A DNA stretch of 64,000 nucleotides from an uncultured Erysipelothrix sp. (GCA_964345765.1 CAYFSJ010000001.1:10509-74508); one strand, 5' to 3'. Positions 10,678 through 19,886 are shown, counted from the stretch's first letter. A program made the numbers and translations. Notes: generated by a model from the sequence alone, not told the origin.

Positions 10678-11710
10678 AAAAATTGTGTTATTGGGAGGCT
10701 CATTTAATCCGATTCATGCTGGGCATAAATATATATTAAAACAGGCCATCCAACAAGTTGGTGCGGATGAAGGCTGGTTTATCTTGGCCAATCAAGCTCC
10801 GCTTAAAAATGATGAAAGCCTAGATTTTGATGTACGTGCACAATTTATTGAATGGATGATTGAGAAAGAGGACTCGTTAAAATCTTGTTTAATTGAAAAA
10901 GATTTACCAGTCCCAAACTACACAATCACTACGATTAAAGCTTTAAAGAATCGCTATCCTAATTATCAGTTTTATTATTTAATTGGGACAGATCAAGGGC
11001 AACAGTTTACTAAATGGTTTGAGTACCAACAAATCCTCAGTGAAGTAACACTGTTGATTTATCCTCGAGGTGGCTATGATCAAGTGATTGATTTAGAACA
11101 TATAAAGATTGATGCCAAAGAAATTGATGTTAGTTCAACCCTAATTCGACAAAACAAAAGCTTTAAGACTTGTCCTAAGATTTTAGAACAGATTGCGCTT
11201 AATGGCTATTATGCCTATGATCGATTAATGACCCATCTTAAAGACTCATTGGTTCAACACTGTCAACGAGTCGCAACCCTATCCAGGGAGTTGGCAGAAA
11301 CACATAATTTAGATGGTAAAATGGCTTATGGCTTAGGGATTGCTCATGATTTATATAAACAAATGGATTATGAGGAAATGGGACAAGTTCTTAATGAAGA
11401 GGAATTAAAGATTGCCCAACCTGTATGGCACGGGTTTGTCTCGGCTAAGTTACATCAACAATTGATGCATGTCCAAAGTCAAGAATTCTTTGATGCACTT
11501 TATCATCATACTTTGGGTGATGATGAGAAAGTGTACTCTCAAATTTTATATATTGCGGATAAATGTGAGCCACATCGAAAGGGTGAACATAACCAACAAA
11601 TAATTGAGTTAGCGAAACAAGATTTAGATAAAGGGTTTGAGTTGTGCCGTAAAATAGCTCGAGAATATTTTGAAAGGAAGCAGAATGAACGAAATTCAAA
11701 AACTAGTTAA
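10664..11710 (+). CDS. nadD: Fusion protein: nicotinate-nucleotide adenylyltransferase NadD + YqeK-type HD phosphohydrolase
   Basis: The N-terminal half has GGSFNPIHAGH and SSTLIR (nucleotidyltransferase motifs). The C-terminal half has HCQRV...GIAHDLYK...HHTLG (HD domain). It is a single uninterrupted 348-codon frame. Confidence 0.85.
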   Translation: MIYHKKIVLLGGSFNPIHAGHKYILKQAIQQVGADEGWFILANQAPLKNDESLDFDVRAQFIEWMIEKEDSLKSCLIEKDLPVPNYTITTIKALKNRYPNYQFYYLIGTDQGQQFTKWFEYQQILSEVTLLIYPRGGYDQVIDLEHIKIDAKEIDVSSTLIRQNKSFKTCPKILEQIALNGYYAYDRLMTHLKDSLVQHCQRVATLSRELAETHNLDGKMAYGLGIAHDLYKQMDYEEMGQVLNEEELKIAQPVWHGFVSAKLHQQLMHVQSQEFFDALYHHTLGDDEKVYSQILYIADKCEPHRKGEHNQQIIELAKQDLDKGFELCRKIAREYFERKQNERNSKTS

Positions 11711-12029
11711 TTTTATTGATGAAAAACAAGGCCAGGATATCAAGGTATTGGATATGAGACAGGTCACTCCGTATATGGATTATATGATTGTTACTCATTT
11801 TAGTAATGCGCGTCTTTTAGGGGCGACAGCAGAATATTTACTTGAGTATTTAGATCAAAATGGGATTAATTATCGTCCTTTAGATCGCTCCGACAAATCT
11901 GGTTGGATGCTGGTAGATGCAGGTCATATTATTATTCATTTATTTTTAGAGGAAGAACGCCAACTATATCAGTTAGAAAAACTATGGAAAGACACCTTAG
12001 TGAGTCATGAATCTCTCGCTCGTTTATGA
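11685..12029 (+). CDS. rsfS: Ribosomal silencing factor RsfS
   Basis: ~114 aa with DIKVLDMR...DYMIVTHFSN...GWMLVDAGHIIIHLF, characteristic of RsfS/YqeL. ATG 11685 is preferred (AGGAAG 6 nt upstream). Confidence 0.85.
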   Translation: MNEIQKLVNFIDEKQGQDIKVLDMRQVTPYMDYMIVTHFSNARLLGATAEYLLEYLDQNGINYRPLDRSDKSGWMLVDAGHIIIHLFLEEERQLYQLEKLWKDTLVSHESLARL

Positions 12030-12672
12030 TGAAATTTTAGCGGATCCACAGTTCTCTAAAACATTTTATCAAACGCTTAAACCTTTTTTAAAAGAACCAC
12101 TTTTGGAATGTGCTTGTGGATCTGGTGACTTATTGATTGAGATTCAAAAAGACTTTCAAGCTATGGGTCTGGATTTAGATTCACAGATGTTAGAGTTGGC
12201 TCAAAAGAAGGGCGCAACTGATTTAATACAGGGTGACATGTTGGATCTAAGTCAATTTAAAGAGCTTAATACAGTCATTTGTGTTGGGGACTCACTTAAT
12301 TACTTAATTGACAAAGAGCGTGTTGAGAAGTTTTTTAAAGAGGTTTATTCGAGTTTAAATGTGGGTGGACACTTTATTTTTGACATGCATACGATTAATC
12401 GACTTCAAGAATTTAAAGAACCTTTTATTGAAGAAGCCAATATGGGTGAGTATCAATATCAATGGTCTATCATAAGTGAACAAGATTACATCAGTCATCA
12501 ATTTATTTTTTATATTAACGATGATACAATAAAACAAAATATACTTCAGCGAGTTTATCAAGTCGAGCTGATTGTTGAGTTATTACATCTAGCGGGTTTT
12601 AAACAAATTGAAACATCAATTGATCAAGATCAAGAGAAAGTCTTGGTGATGACGAAAAAGGAGGCACTATGA
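12007..12672 (+). CDS. Class I SAM-dependent methyltransferase (YqeM-like position)
   Basis: Motif I LECACGSGDL and post-I DLD. Located after rsfS, as remembered for Bacillus yqeM. Confidence 0.75.
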   Translation: MNLSLVYDEILADPQFSKTFYQTLKPFLKEPLLECACGSGDLLIEIQKDFQAMGLDLDSQMLELAQKKGATDLIQGDMLDLSQFKELNTVICVGDSLNYLIDKERVEKFFKEVYSSLNVGGHFIFDMHTINRLQEFKEPFIEEANMGEYQYQWSIISEQDYISHQFIFYINDDTIKQNILQRVYQVELIVELLHLAGFKQIETSIDQDQEKVLVMTKKEAL

Positions 12673-13355
12673 TAGCGATTATTGGAGCAATGGACAAAGA
12701 AGTTGAAGCATTATTAGATTTACTGGATGAGGTAGAATTTATTAATGATGAGAAACCTTTTCACTATTTAGCCAAACACCAAGGATTGGATATTGTAGTT
12801 ATTAAGAGTGGTATCGGTAAGGTTGAGGCGGCTTACACGACCACATCTTTGTTAGCTCGATATGATATTGAATTAGTGATTAATATTGGTTCTGCGGGTG
12901 GTTTACAACCTGGCCAACAAGTCGGCGATATTGTGATTGGGAATAGTTTCAGATATCATGATTTGATTTTTTATTACAATGATCCACTTGAAGGATTAGA
13001 TAATTTTGATTATAGCGCAGATCCTGATAATGTGACCAAGATGAAGGCAGCTTTGGATGAGCTAAAAATTAGAAATTGGATTGGTCAAATTGTGTCAGGT
13101 GATCAGTTTGTTTCTGAGAAAGAACAATTAGATTCTATTGTTGAGCGTTTTCCATTTGCGATATGTGTAGAGATGGAGGCATGTGCCATTGCTCATGTCT
13201 GTTCAATGAAGGATGTTAGTTTTATTGTTATTCGCTCATTATCAGATATTGTTCATTCGACTAAGAGTCATGTTGATTTTGAGAAATATTTACCTTTGGC
13301 CTCTCGATCTAGCGCGAATGCGTGCATGTTATTTTTACATAAATGGCTAAGATAG
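12669..13355 (+). CDS. mtnN: 5'-methylthioadenosine/S-adenosylhomocysteine nucleosidase
   Basis: MIAIIGAMDKEVEAL..., GKVEAA, SAGG, VEMEACAIAHV, IRSLSD: PNP/UDP-1 family MTAN pattern. Confidence 0.88.
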   Translation: MIAIIGAMDKEVEALLDLLDEVEFINDEKPFHYLAKHQGLDIVVIKSGIGKVEAAYTTTSLLARYDIELVINIGSAGGLQPGQQVGDIVIGNSFRYHDLIFYYNDPLEGLDNFDYSADPDNVTKMKAALDELKIRNWIGQIVSGDQFVSEKEQLDSIVERFPFAICVEMEACAIAHVCSMKDVSFIVIRSLSDIVHSTKSHVDFEKYLPLASRSSANACMLFLHKWLR

Positions 13356-13762
13356 ATATTAAAAATACGTTAAAAAATATTGGCTTTATCTTATTGATCG
13401 TTTTAATTATTGGATATAATGTCTATTATTTTTTAATTGCTCCAAATCGAGCGCATCAACATTATTTAGATCAACTTGTTTCTAATTACCATCAAGAAGC
13501 TGTTTTTGTGAATGAATTTAATTACAAAGATCGCTATGTTATTGTTGAGCTTGATAATGAGTTGATTGTTTTAGATTCTAGTGGGAGTGAAGTTGATTCG
13601 ATGCCTAAAGAATCGATTCCTGTTTCTTTGTTGGCACAATCAGATAATGTTAAGTATGGATATGCTTTAGATGAAATTATCTATGTCATTAAAGATGAAA
13701 CCAGTGAGAAATGGTTTGATACAGAATCCCTGGAATTAATTTTTGAAAGAGAGAGTGAGTAG
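13343..13762 (+). CDS. Membrane-anchored protein of unknown function (possibly YpmB/PepSY-like)
   Basis: 139 aa with one N-terminal TM helix (IGFILLIVLIIGYNVYYFLI) and an extracytoplasmic alpha/beta-looking domain. No recognisable motif. The family guess comes only from size and context upstream of dnaD. Confidence 0.4.
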   Translation: MAKIDIKNTLKNIGFILLIVLIIGYNVYYFLIAPNRAHQHYLDQLVSNYHQEAVFVNEFNYKDRYVIVELDNELIVLDSSGSEVDSMPKESIPVSLLAQSDNVKYGYALDEIIYVIKDETSEKWFDTESLELIFERESE

Positions 13763-13763
13763 T

Positions 13764-14261
13764 ATGTGGTTTAAAGAATTGCACTTTAATCGTCGTGATT
13801 GGTTATTGACGAATTTTAATCGTCTAGATATCAATGCTGATCAATTATTAATTCTGATGGTGATTGATGCTCAAAACCAACTGAATGAAGATATAACCCA
13901 TGAATCGTTACAACAACATCTTAATCGCAGTTTTAAGCAGGTTGATAAGGATCTTCAAGTATTAATAGAGAAGCAATATTTAAAGATTCGGTCTTATAAG
14001 CGTAAAATTGTGTTTAATATTGATGGGGTGTTTAATAAAGAATTTGAGGATCAAACCGATAAGAAAGAATTATTACATTTATTTGAAGATAGTTTTGGGC
14101 GTTTATTATCTCAACAAGAGTTATTAGTTCTAACTCAGCTTCAAAACAAAGTGGAGCCTGATAAGATTATCTATGCCCTTAGACAGGCGATGATTCAGTC
14201 TAAATTATCGATGAGTTATGTAGAAAAGGTGGCATTAAATGAGTCTTCAAAGAATGACTAG
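13764..14261 (+). CDS. dnaD: DnaD-domain replication initiation/remodelling protein
   Basis: C-terminal DnaD-type region LFEDSFGRLLSQQELLVLTQL...IIYALRQA. Followed by nth, as in the Bacillus dnaD-nth pair. ATG 13764 lies just after the upstream stop; an alternative TTG is at 13743. Confidence 0.7.
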   Translation: MWFKELHFNRRDWLLTNFNRLDINADQLLILMVIDAQNQLNEDITHESLQQHLNRSFKQVDKDLQVLIEKQYLKIRSYKRKIVFNIDGVFNKEFEDQTDKKELLHLFEDSFGRLLSQQELLVLTQLQNKVEPDKIIYALRQAMIQSKLSMSYVEKVALNESSKND

Positions 14262-14904
14262 TGATGAAATCTTTGATCACTTATTACGCCTATATCCTTA
14301 TGCTGAGTGTGAATTAGTGCATCGCAATCCTTATGAGTTGAGTATTGCGGTGATGCTCAGTGCTCAAACGACGGATATTGCTGTTAATAAGGTGACGCCT
14401 AAATTATTTGATCGTTTCCCTGATGTTTATACATTAAGTGGCGTGACGCCTCAAGAGGTAGAGCCCTATATTAGAACATTGGGTCTTTATCGCAATAAGG
14501 CCAAGGCTATGGTCAATTTTGCGAATGAGGTAATTGAGTTCTTTAATGGAGAAATTCCTAAAACACGAGCTGAGCTAATGTCATTGAGTGGAATAGGTCG
14601 TAAAAGTGCGAATGTCATTTTAAGTGTATGTTTTAATGTTCCTGCTATTGCGGTGGATACTCATGTTGAGCGTGTTTCTAAACGATTACGACTCGCTTTT
14701 CAAAATGATAATGTTTTAAAAGTTGAACAGAAACTAATGAGAAAGTTTGATAAACAGAAGTGGAATAAACTTCATCATTTATTGATTTTCTTTGGTCGTT
14801 ATCATTGTAAGAGTCAAAATCCAGATTGTCATCGCTGCCCGTTTACTTCATTTTGTTATTATTATAAGCATAATGACAGATTAGTCACAAATCCGAATAA
14901 GTAA
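14239..14904 (+). CDS. nth: Endonuclease III
   Basis: LSAQTTD, helix-hairpin-helix GIGRKSANVIL, catalytic VDTHV, and 4Fe-4S cluster CKSQNPDCHRCPFTSFC. Confidence 0.92.
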   Translation: MSLQRMTSDEIFDHLLRLYPYAECELVHRNPYELSIAVMLSAQTTDIAVNKVTPKLFDRFPDVYTLSGVTPQEVEPYIRTLGLYRNKAKAMVNFANEVIEFFNGEIPKTRAELMSLSGIGRKSANVILSVCFNVPAIAVDTHVERVSKRLRLAFQNDNVLKVEQKLMRKFDKQKWNKLHHLLIFFGRYHCKSQNPDCHRCPFTSFCYYYKHNDRLVTNPNK

Positions 14905-14921
14905 TGACTTTAAACTAAAAT

Positions 14922-14960
14922 AAGACTATACTTTATCCATATTAAGATAGTCTTTTTTTT
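14922..14960 (+). terminator. Intrinsic terminator after nth
   Basis: AAGACTAT (14922-14929) pairs with ATAGTCTT (14947-14954) and is followed by a T8 run. The loop is rather large (17 nt). Confidence 0.55.
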
Positions 14961-14973
14961 ATGGAGGAAGCTT

Positions 14974-16110
14974 ATGAAAAATGTTTCTAAAGTCTGTTTG
15001 TTCTTAGTATTAATGTTAGTTAGTGCTTGTACTGTTAATCCTGGTTCTGCTTCACAGTTTGATGCTAGACAGATTTCATCTTTGATGAATGCGAGTGTTA
15101 ATCGCTCGAATTCTTTTAGTGGTTTAGTTGTGGCGCAACAAACTAAGGAAATTCAAAAGGATCAAAACAAAGTAGTCAAAGAAGTCTTTGTTAAAGAAGG
15201 AGATGAAGTTAAGGAAGATACTGTCTTGTTTAATTATGATACGGATGCGATGAGTCTTGAGGTTCAAAAAGCTCAGTTAGAAATAGAGCGGATGAACAAT
15301 GAGAATATCAACTCTCAAAATCAAATTACTAATTTAGTGAATGAGCGTGCTAAGGCACCTGCTTCTCAACAACTCTCTTATACGATTGAAATTCAAACCT
15401 TGGAGGCTTCAATTAATGAAACTAATTACAACATTGGTGCCAAACAAGTCGAGTTAAATCGTTTAAATGAATCTCTTTCTAATGCCAATGTAGTTGCTGG
15501 GTTAGAAGGGATAGTTCAAAGCATTGCTTCTGATGGGACTGATCCTTATGCCAATCCATCCAATGCTTTTATTACGATTCTTCAAACTGGTAACTTTAGA
15601 GTGAAGGGAAATGTAAATGAATTGAATCTTCATCAGATTAATCAAGGGCAACAAGTGTTTATTCGTTCTCGTATTGATGAGTCTAAAGTTTATCCCGGTA
15701 TGATTGAAAGTATTGAGATGAATAGTCCAGTCCAAGGGGATAATCAAGGCTATGTGAGTTCTGAGATGGATCAATCGTCTCGTTATCCTTTTTATGTTTC
15801 GTTGGAAAATTCGGATGAATTGTTTTTAGGACAACACGTTTATATTGAACTTGACCAAGGACAAACTCAAGAAAGAGAAGGGGTTTGGATTTTTTCTCAA
15901 TACATTAATTTTGATGAAGAAGGAAACATTTTTGTTTATAAAGCAGAAAATGGCGTTGCTAAAAAACAACCAGTCGAATTGGGTGAGATGAGTGATGTAA
16001 CGGGTGAACTTCAAATCATTTCTGGTTTAGAACTGGATGACTATATTATTCTTCCTCATGAAGAATTAGAAGAAAACATGAAAGTGAATGTTATTTCGGA
16101 GGACAATTAG
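14974..16110 (+). CDS. Membrane-fusion (HlyD/MacA-family) adaptor, lipoprotein form
   Basis: Lipobox LMLVSAC-T. Lipoyl-like VFVKEGDEVKEDTVLFNYD, a coiled-coil segment, and beta-barrel/MP domains. First gene of a tightly spaced four-gene operon. Confidence 0.8.
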   Translation: MKNVSKVCLFLVLMLVSACTVNPGSASQFDARQISSLMNASVNRSNSFSGLVVAQQTKEIQKDQNKVVKEVFVKEGDEVKEDTVLFNYDTDAMSLEVQKAQLEIERMNNENINSQNQITNLVNERAKAPASQQLSYTIEIQTLEASINETNYNIGAKQVELNRLNESLSNANVVAGLEGIVQSIASDGTDPYANPSNAFITILQTGNFRVKGNVNELNLHQINQGQQVFIRSRIDESKVYPGMIESIEMNSPVQGDNQGYVSSEMDQSSRYPFYVSLENSDELFLGQHVYIELDQGQTQEREGVWIFSQYINFDEEGNIFVYKAENGVAKKQPVELGEMSDVTGELQIISGLELDDYIILPHEELEENMKVNVISEDN

Positions 16111-16797
16111 ATGATTGTTGAACTTAGGAATATTGATAAAACGTATCATCAGGGAAAACTTGATGTTAAAGTTTTAAAGAAAGTTTCACTGAATATTAAT
16201 GAGGGCGATTTCTTGGCAATTATGGGACCTTCTGGAAGTGGTAAGACAACTTTAATGAATATTATTGGGTGTTTAGATTCAGCAACTTCTGGTGAGTACT
16301 ATTTAGAAGGTCAAGATATCTCGAAAATGGATGAAAACAAAATGGCTTCACTTCGTAGTAAAAAGATTGGTTTTGTTTTCCAACAATTTAATTTATTGCC
16401 TAAGATGAGTGCATTAGAGAATGTTGCGCTTCCATTATTGTATCAGGGAGTTTCTAAAAAGGAGCGTCTTGAGAGAGCGAAACAAGCACTAATTAATGTT
16501 GGTCTTGAGGATCGTATTCATTTTAAACCTAATCAACTTTCAGGTGGCCAATCTCAGCGTGTTGCGATTGCTAGAGCAATGGTAACTAATCCAAGTATCT
16601 TGTTGGCGGATGAGCCTACGGGAGCTTTAGATCAAGCTTCTGGAGTTGCGATTATGGAATTATTTAAAGAGATTAATCAAAATCAAAAAACTACGATTGT
16701 TTTAATCACTCATGCTAGAGAAGTTGCGAGTGAAGCTCGTAAACTTTACACAATTTTGGATGGTGAGATCTCTACTGAGCCGGAGGTGTTAGCATGA
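16111..16797 (+). CDS. MacB/LolD-type ABC transporter ATP-binding protein
   Basis: GPSGSGKTTLMN, FVFQQFNLLP, LSGGQSQRVAIARA, LLADEPTGALD. Confidence 0.93.
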   Translation: MIVELRNIDKTYHQGKLDVKVLKKVSLNINEGDFLAIMGPSGSGKTTLMNIIGCLDSATSGEYYLEGQDISKMDENKMASLRSKKIGFVFQQFNLLPKMSALENVALPLLYQGVSKKERLERAKQALINVGLEDRIHFKPNQLSGGQSQRVAIARAMVTNPSILLADEPTGALDQASGVAIMELFKEINQNQKTTIVLITHAREVASEARKLYTILDGEISTEPEVLA

Positions 16798-18572
16798 AAA
16801 AGAAAATAATTATTGGCTTAATTGTCTTAATACTATTGGCTGTACCTGTTTATTATCTGGTTAATAATAAGTCTACTTCAACAACAAAGGTCTATCCGGT
16901 TTCGAATCTCTATTCTCCACCGATGATGGATATGGGTAATATGTATCAAGGGGTTGTCATTACTGATCAACTACAACCGGTGTTTGTAAGTTCTACTCAA
17001 GAAATTACTGAAATCTTAGTAACTGAAGGACAGAGTGTTAAGAAGGGGGATATCTTATTAACTTATGATTCGACCTTGTCTGAAATTTCTTTGGTTAAAA
17101 AAGAACTTGAAATTCAGAAATATCAACTTGAGTTAGAACGGTTGAATAAAGAGCTTGCTGAGATTAATTCGTATCGTGCAGGCGTTCCAATTGTAATTAA
17201 GGAACCTTCAACACTAAGCAATGATAACCAGTCTTATACTCAAATGTCATTGGATAATAAACTTGATTTAGAGGTGGTATTTACTGATTTTAAGGGTCAA
17301 CAAGTGGATCTAAAACCAATTGTTTCTTTGTTGTTTAATGACTTTAACTTCAATACCAAGAGATTAAATGAGGAGCCAATTGATCCTGAACTTCCAACAG
17401 AACCTGAGGATCCTGTTGATCCTGAACTCCCTACCAATCCTGAAGAACCGGTTGATCCTGAAGAACCAGTTGAACATGAAAAACCTAAATACCTCCTGGG
17501 TGGTGTGGGAACCGAAGAAGAACCGTATTTAGTCCTATATTCAGAAGAGTTAGAGTTTGGTAGCGAACTAATAAAAGAATTATCAGAAGAAGAAAATGTG
17601 TATGTTACATTAGTTAAATACACCAATAACGATATAGAACAACCATTATTATTGTCACTGACTTTTAAATTCTTCAATCAATTTCAATCCTTCTCTTTAG
17701 TTGATATTGTCATCAATCCTAGTGAACCAATTGTTGATGAGCCAATCGATGAAGATCCAATCATCGATGATCCAGGGTTTGAAGAGCCACTCTTACCACC
17801 AGTTATCGAAGAGCCACCAACAATTACCTATACGGCTGAAGAAATACTTAAAATGAAAAACGAAAAGGAAAGTGAAATACGTAACGCTGACCTTAATCGC
17901 AAAACAGCAAGTATGGAATTAGACAATCTTAAACAAGAGATTGAAAACAATTTTGTTCTTTCAAAACTAGATGGTGTGGTTGGACCAATCATTGACATCG
18001 AAGAAGCAAAAACAAGTGGAAGTCAATTATTACAAGTTTCAAGTTCTGGAAGTTTTATCATCGAGACAACTATTAATGAATTTGATCTAGAAACAGTTAA
18101 TATAGGCGATAAAATGAGTGTTATGTCCTATGAGAATCAAAGTATTTCAGAAGGTGAGGTCATCTCTATTTCCAAATATCCTTCAACCAACAATATGATG
18201 TTCTATAATCCAGATCCAAATCTATCCGTTTATCCAGTTAAATTAAAAGTAGATAAATCAGCTGACTTAAAAGAATATTCATGGGTAGAAATCACTCCAC
18301 AACAAACAGACACTGAATTTGATATGGAAACAATCTACTTAATGAACGCCTTCATCAATACAGACCAAGATATTCCATTTATCTTAGTCGCTGAAGATGG
18401 AAAACTAGTTAAGCGTGAAGTAAGACTTGGAAGAGTTCAATATGGTTCAATGACAGAAATACTCGACAATCAAATAAGCTTAGATGAGATGATCGCATTC
18501 CCATATGACAAGAACGCTAAAGTCGGTAACAGTGTCGAAGAAGGCTCATTCGAAGAGCTTTACGGTTATTAA
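16794..18572 (+). CDS. Second membrane-fusion (HlyD-family) adaptor, TM-anchored, with ~150-aa insertion in the coiled-coil hairpin
   Basis: N-terminal TM IIIGLIVLILLAVPVYYLV. Lipoyl-like ILVTEGQSVKKGDILLTYD. The coiled-coil halves LVKKELEIQKYQLELERLNKELAEIN and AEEILKMKNEKESEIRNADLNRKTASMELDNLKQEIE are separated by Pro/acidic linkers and a small globular segment. The C-terminal beta-barrel-like part is present. Confidence 0.75.
   Translation: MKKKIIIGLIVLILLAVPVYYLVNNKSTSTTKVYPVSNLYSPPMMDMGNMYQGVVITDQLQPVFVSSTQEITEILVTEGQSVKKGDILLTYDSTLSEISLVKKELEIQKYQLELERLNKELAEINSYRAGVPIVIKEPSTLSNDNQSYTQMSLDNKLDLEVVFTDFKGQQVDLKPIVSLLFNDFNFNTKRLNEEPIDPELPTEPEDPVDPELPTNPEEPVDPEEPVEHEKPKYLLGGVGTEEEPYLVLYSEELEFGSELIKELSEEENVYVTLVKYTNNDIEQPLLLSLTFKFFNQFQSFSLVDIVINPSEPIVDEPIDEDPIIDDPGFEEPLLPPVIEEPPTITYTAEEILKMKNEKESEIRNADLNRKTASMELDNLKQEIENNFVLSKLDGVVGPIIDIEEAKTSGSQLLQVSSSGSFIIETTINEFDLETVNIGDKMSVMSYENQSISEGEVISISKYPSTNNMMFYNPDPNLSVYPVKLKVDKSADLKEYSWVEITPQQTDTEFDMETIYLMNAFINTDQDIPFILVAEDGKLVKREVRLGRVQYGSMTEILDNQISLDEMIAFPYDKNAKVGNSVEEGSFEELYGY
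17382..17473 (+). repeat. Degenerate in-frame tandem repeats encoding a Pro/Asp/Glu linker
   Basis: GATCCTGAA occurs at 17382, 17418 and 17454. CCTGAAGAACCnGTTGA is tandemly duplicated at 17439-17455 and 17457-17473. Encodes DPELPTEPEDPVDPELPTNPEEPVDPEEPVE. Confidence 0.8.
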
Positions 18573-18581
18573 GGAGGAACT

Positions 18582-19835
18582 ATGTTAGAGAATATTCAAC
18601 TTGCATTTAGTGGTATTTGGACACATAAATTAAGATCTTTATTAACCATGTTAGGAATCATTATTGGGATTGCGGCCATCATCGCCATCGTCTCAACCAT
18701 CCAAGGCACTAGTGATCAGATTAAACAAAACCTCATTGGTGCTGGAAACAATACCGTTAAAGTTCAACTCAATCAAGGGGATTATCAATATGATCCTCAA
18801 TGGGGTGAGAAACTAGAAGGTGTCCCACTCATCAGTGAAAAGACAAAATCAGATATCGAATTAATTCCAGAAGTTAAACAAGCTTCTATTTACCAAAGTC
18901 GAAACTATAGTGATAATGTCTCATACTTAAAAACTATGTTTAGTGGACAAGTGTTAGGAGTCGATGAAGACTACTTCTCTGTCACTAATTATGGAATCAA
19001 AGAAGGGACCTATTTTAGTGAAAAGGAATATAAAGACTTTAGTAAGGTCGCCATCATAGATGATGTCGCCGCTAATAGTTTGTTCTCAAGTGAAAGTGCA
19101 ATTGGTAAGAAATTAATGATAGGTAGTGAACCCTTCACAATCGTAGGAGTCACAAAATTAAATTCGCAATTTAAACCAACCATCAATAGTTTCGCAGATT
19201 ATCAAATGTATCATCAAAATCAAAGTGGCAATGTTTTTATACCACTAAAGACTTGGCCAATTATATATAAATTTGATGAACCACAATCCCTAATTATACA
19301 AGCCAAACAAACCGATGATATGCCAACAGCAGGTAAAAGAGCAGAAGAACTACTCAATAATACCTTAACGGTTAAAGAAGAATCAGACATAAAGTACAAA
19401 TCAGAAGACCTCTTAGAACAAGCGAGAAGACTTCAAGAGTTATCCACATCAACCAACAGACAATTAGTCTGGATCGCCAGTATATCGCTACTAGTCGGTG
19501 GAATAGGCGTTATGAACATTATGTTAGTCTCTGTCACAGAAAGAACAAAAGAGATTGGACTTAAAAAAGCCATCGGCGCAAGAAAGTCTCATATCTTAAG
19601 TCAATTCTTAACAGAAGCAGCAGTCCTAACCTTAATTGGTGGATTAATTGGCGTGTTAGCAGGAATCGGCTTATCCAAAGTTATCTCAGAATTTACAGAT
19701 ATGCCAACCGCCATCTCCATTCCAATCATAATTATCTCAGTCTTCTTCTCAATGTTTATCGGATTGATATTTGGGTTATTACCAGCCATTAAAGCATCTA
19801 ATCTTAGTCCAATTGAAGCATTACGAAGAGATTAA
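18582..19835 (+). CDS. MacB/FtsX-family ABC transporter permease
   Basis: 417 aa: TM1, a large extracytoplasmic domain (~250 aa), then three C-terminal TM helices with the FtsX-type pattern (VTERTKEIGLKKAIGA). Confidence 0.88.
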   Translation: MLENIQLAFSGIWTHKLRSLLTMLGIIIGIAAIIAIVSTIQGTSDQIKQNLIGAGNNTVKVQLNQGDYQYDPQWGEKLEGVPLISEKTKSDIELIPEVKQASIYQSRNYSDNVSYLKTMFSGQVLGVDEDYFSVTNYGIKEGTYFSEKEYKDFSKVAIIDDVAANSLFSSESAIGKKLMIGSEPFTIVGVTKLNSQFKPTINSFADYQMYHQNQSGNVFIPLKTWPIIYKFDEPQSLIIQAKQTDDMPTAGKRAEELLNNTLTVKEESDIKYKSEDLLEQARRLQELSTSTNRQLVWIASISLLVGGIGVMNIMLVSVTERTKEIGLKKAIGARKSHILSQFLTEAAVLTLIGGLIGVLAGIGLSKVISEFTDMPTAISIPIIIISVFFSMFIGLIFGLLPAIKASNLSPIEALRRD

Positions 19836-19870
19836 AAAAGAGCCTCCCAATTTACGGGAAGCTCTTTTTC
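19834..19870. terminator. Bidirectional intrinsic terminator between the ABC permease and ponA
   Basis: A6 - GAGCCTCCC (19840-19848) - 7-nt loop - GGGAAGCTC (19856-19864, one mismatch) - T5. Confidence 0.75.
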
Positions 19871-19886
19871 TTTATTTCATGATTTG

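Noticed and set aside
17297-17677. 126-aa minus-strand ORF with a striking GSSGSTGSSGLVGSSGSTGSS repeat
   Set aside because: It is the antisense reading of the Pro/Asp/Glu repeat region of the plus-strand MFP gene. It has no RBS and no independent support, and the sense gene has clear family motifs.
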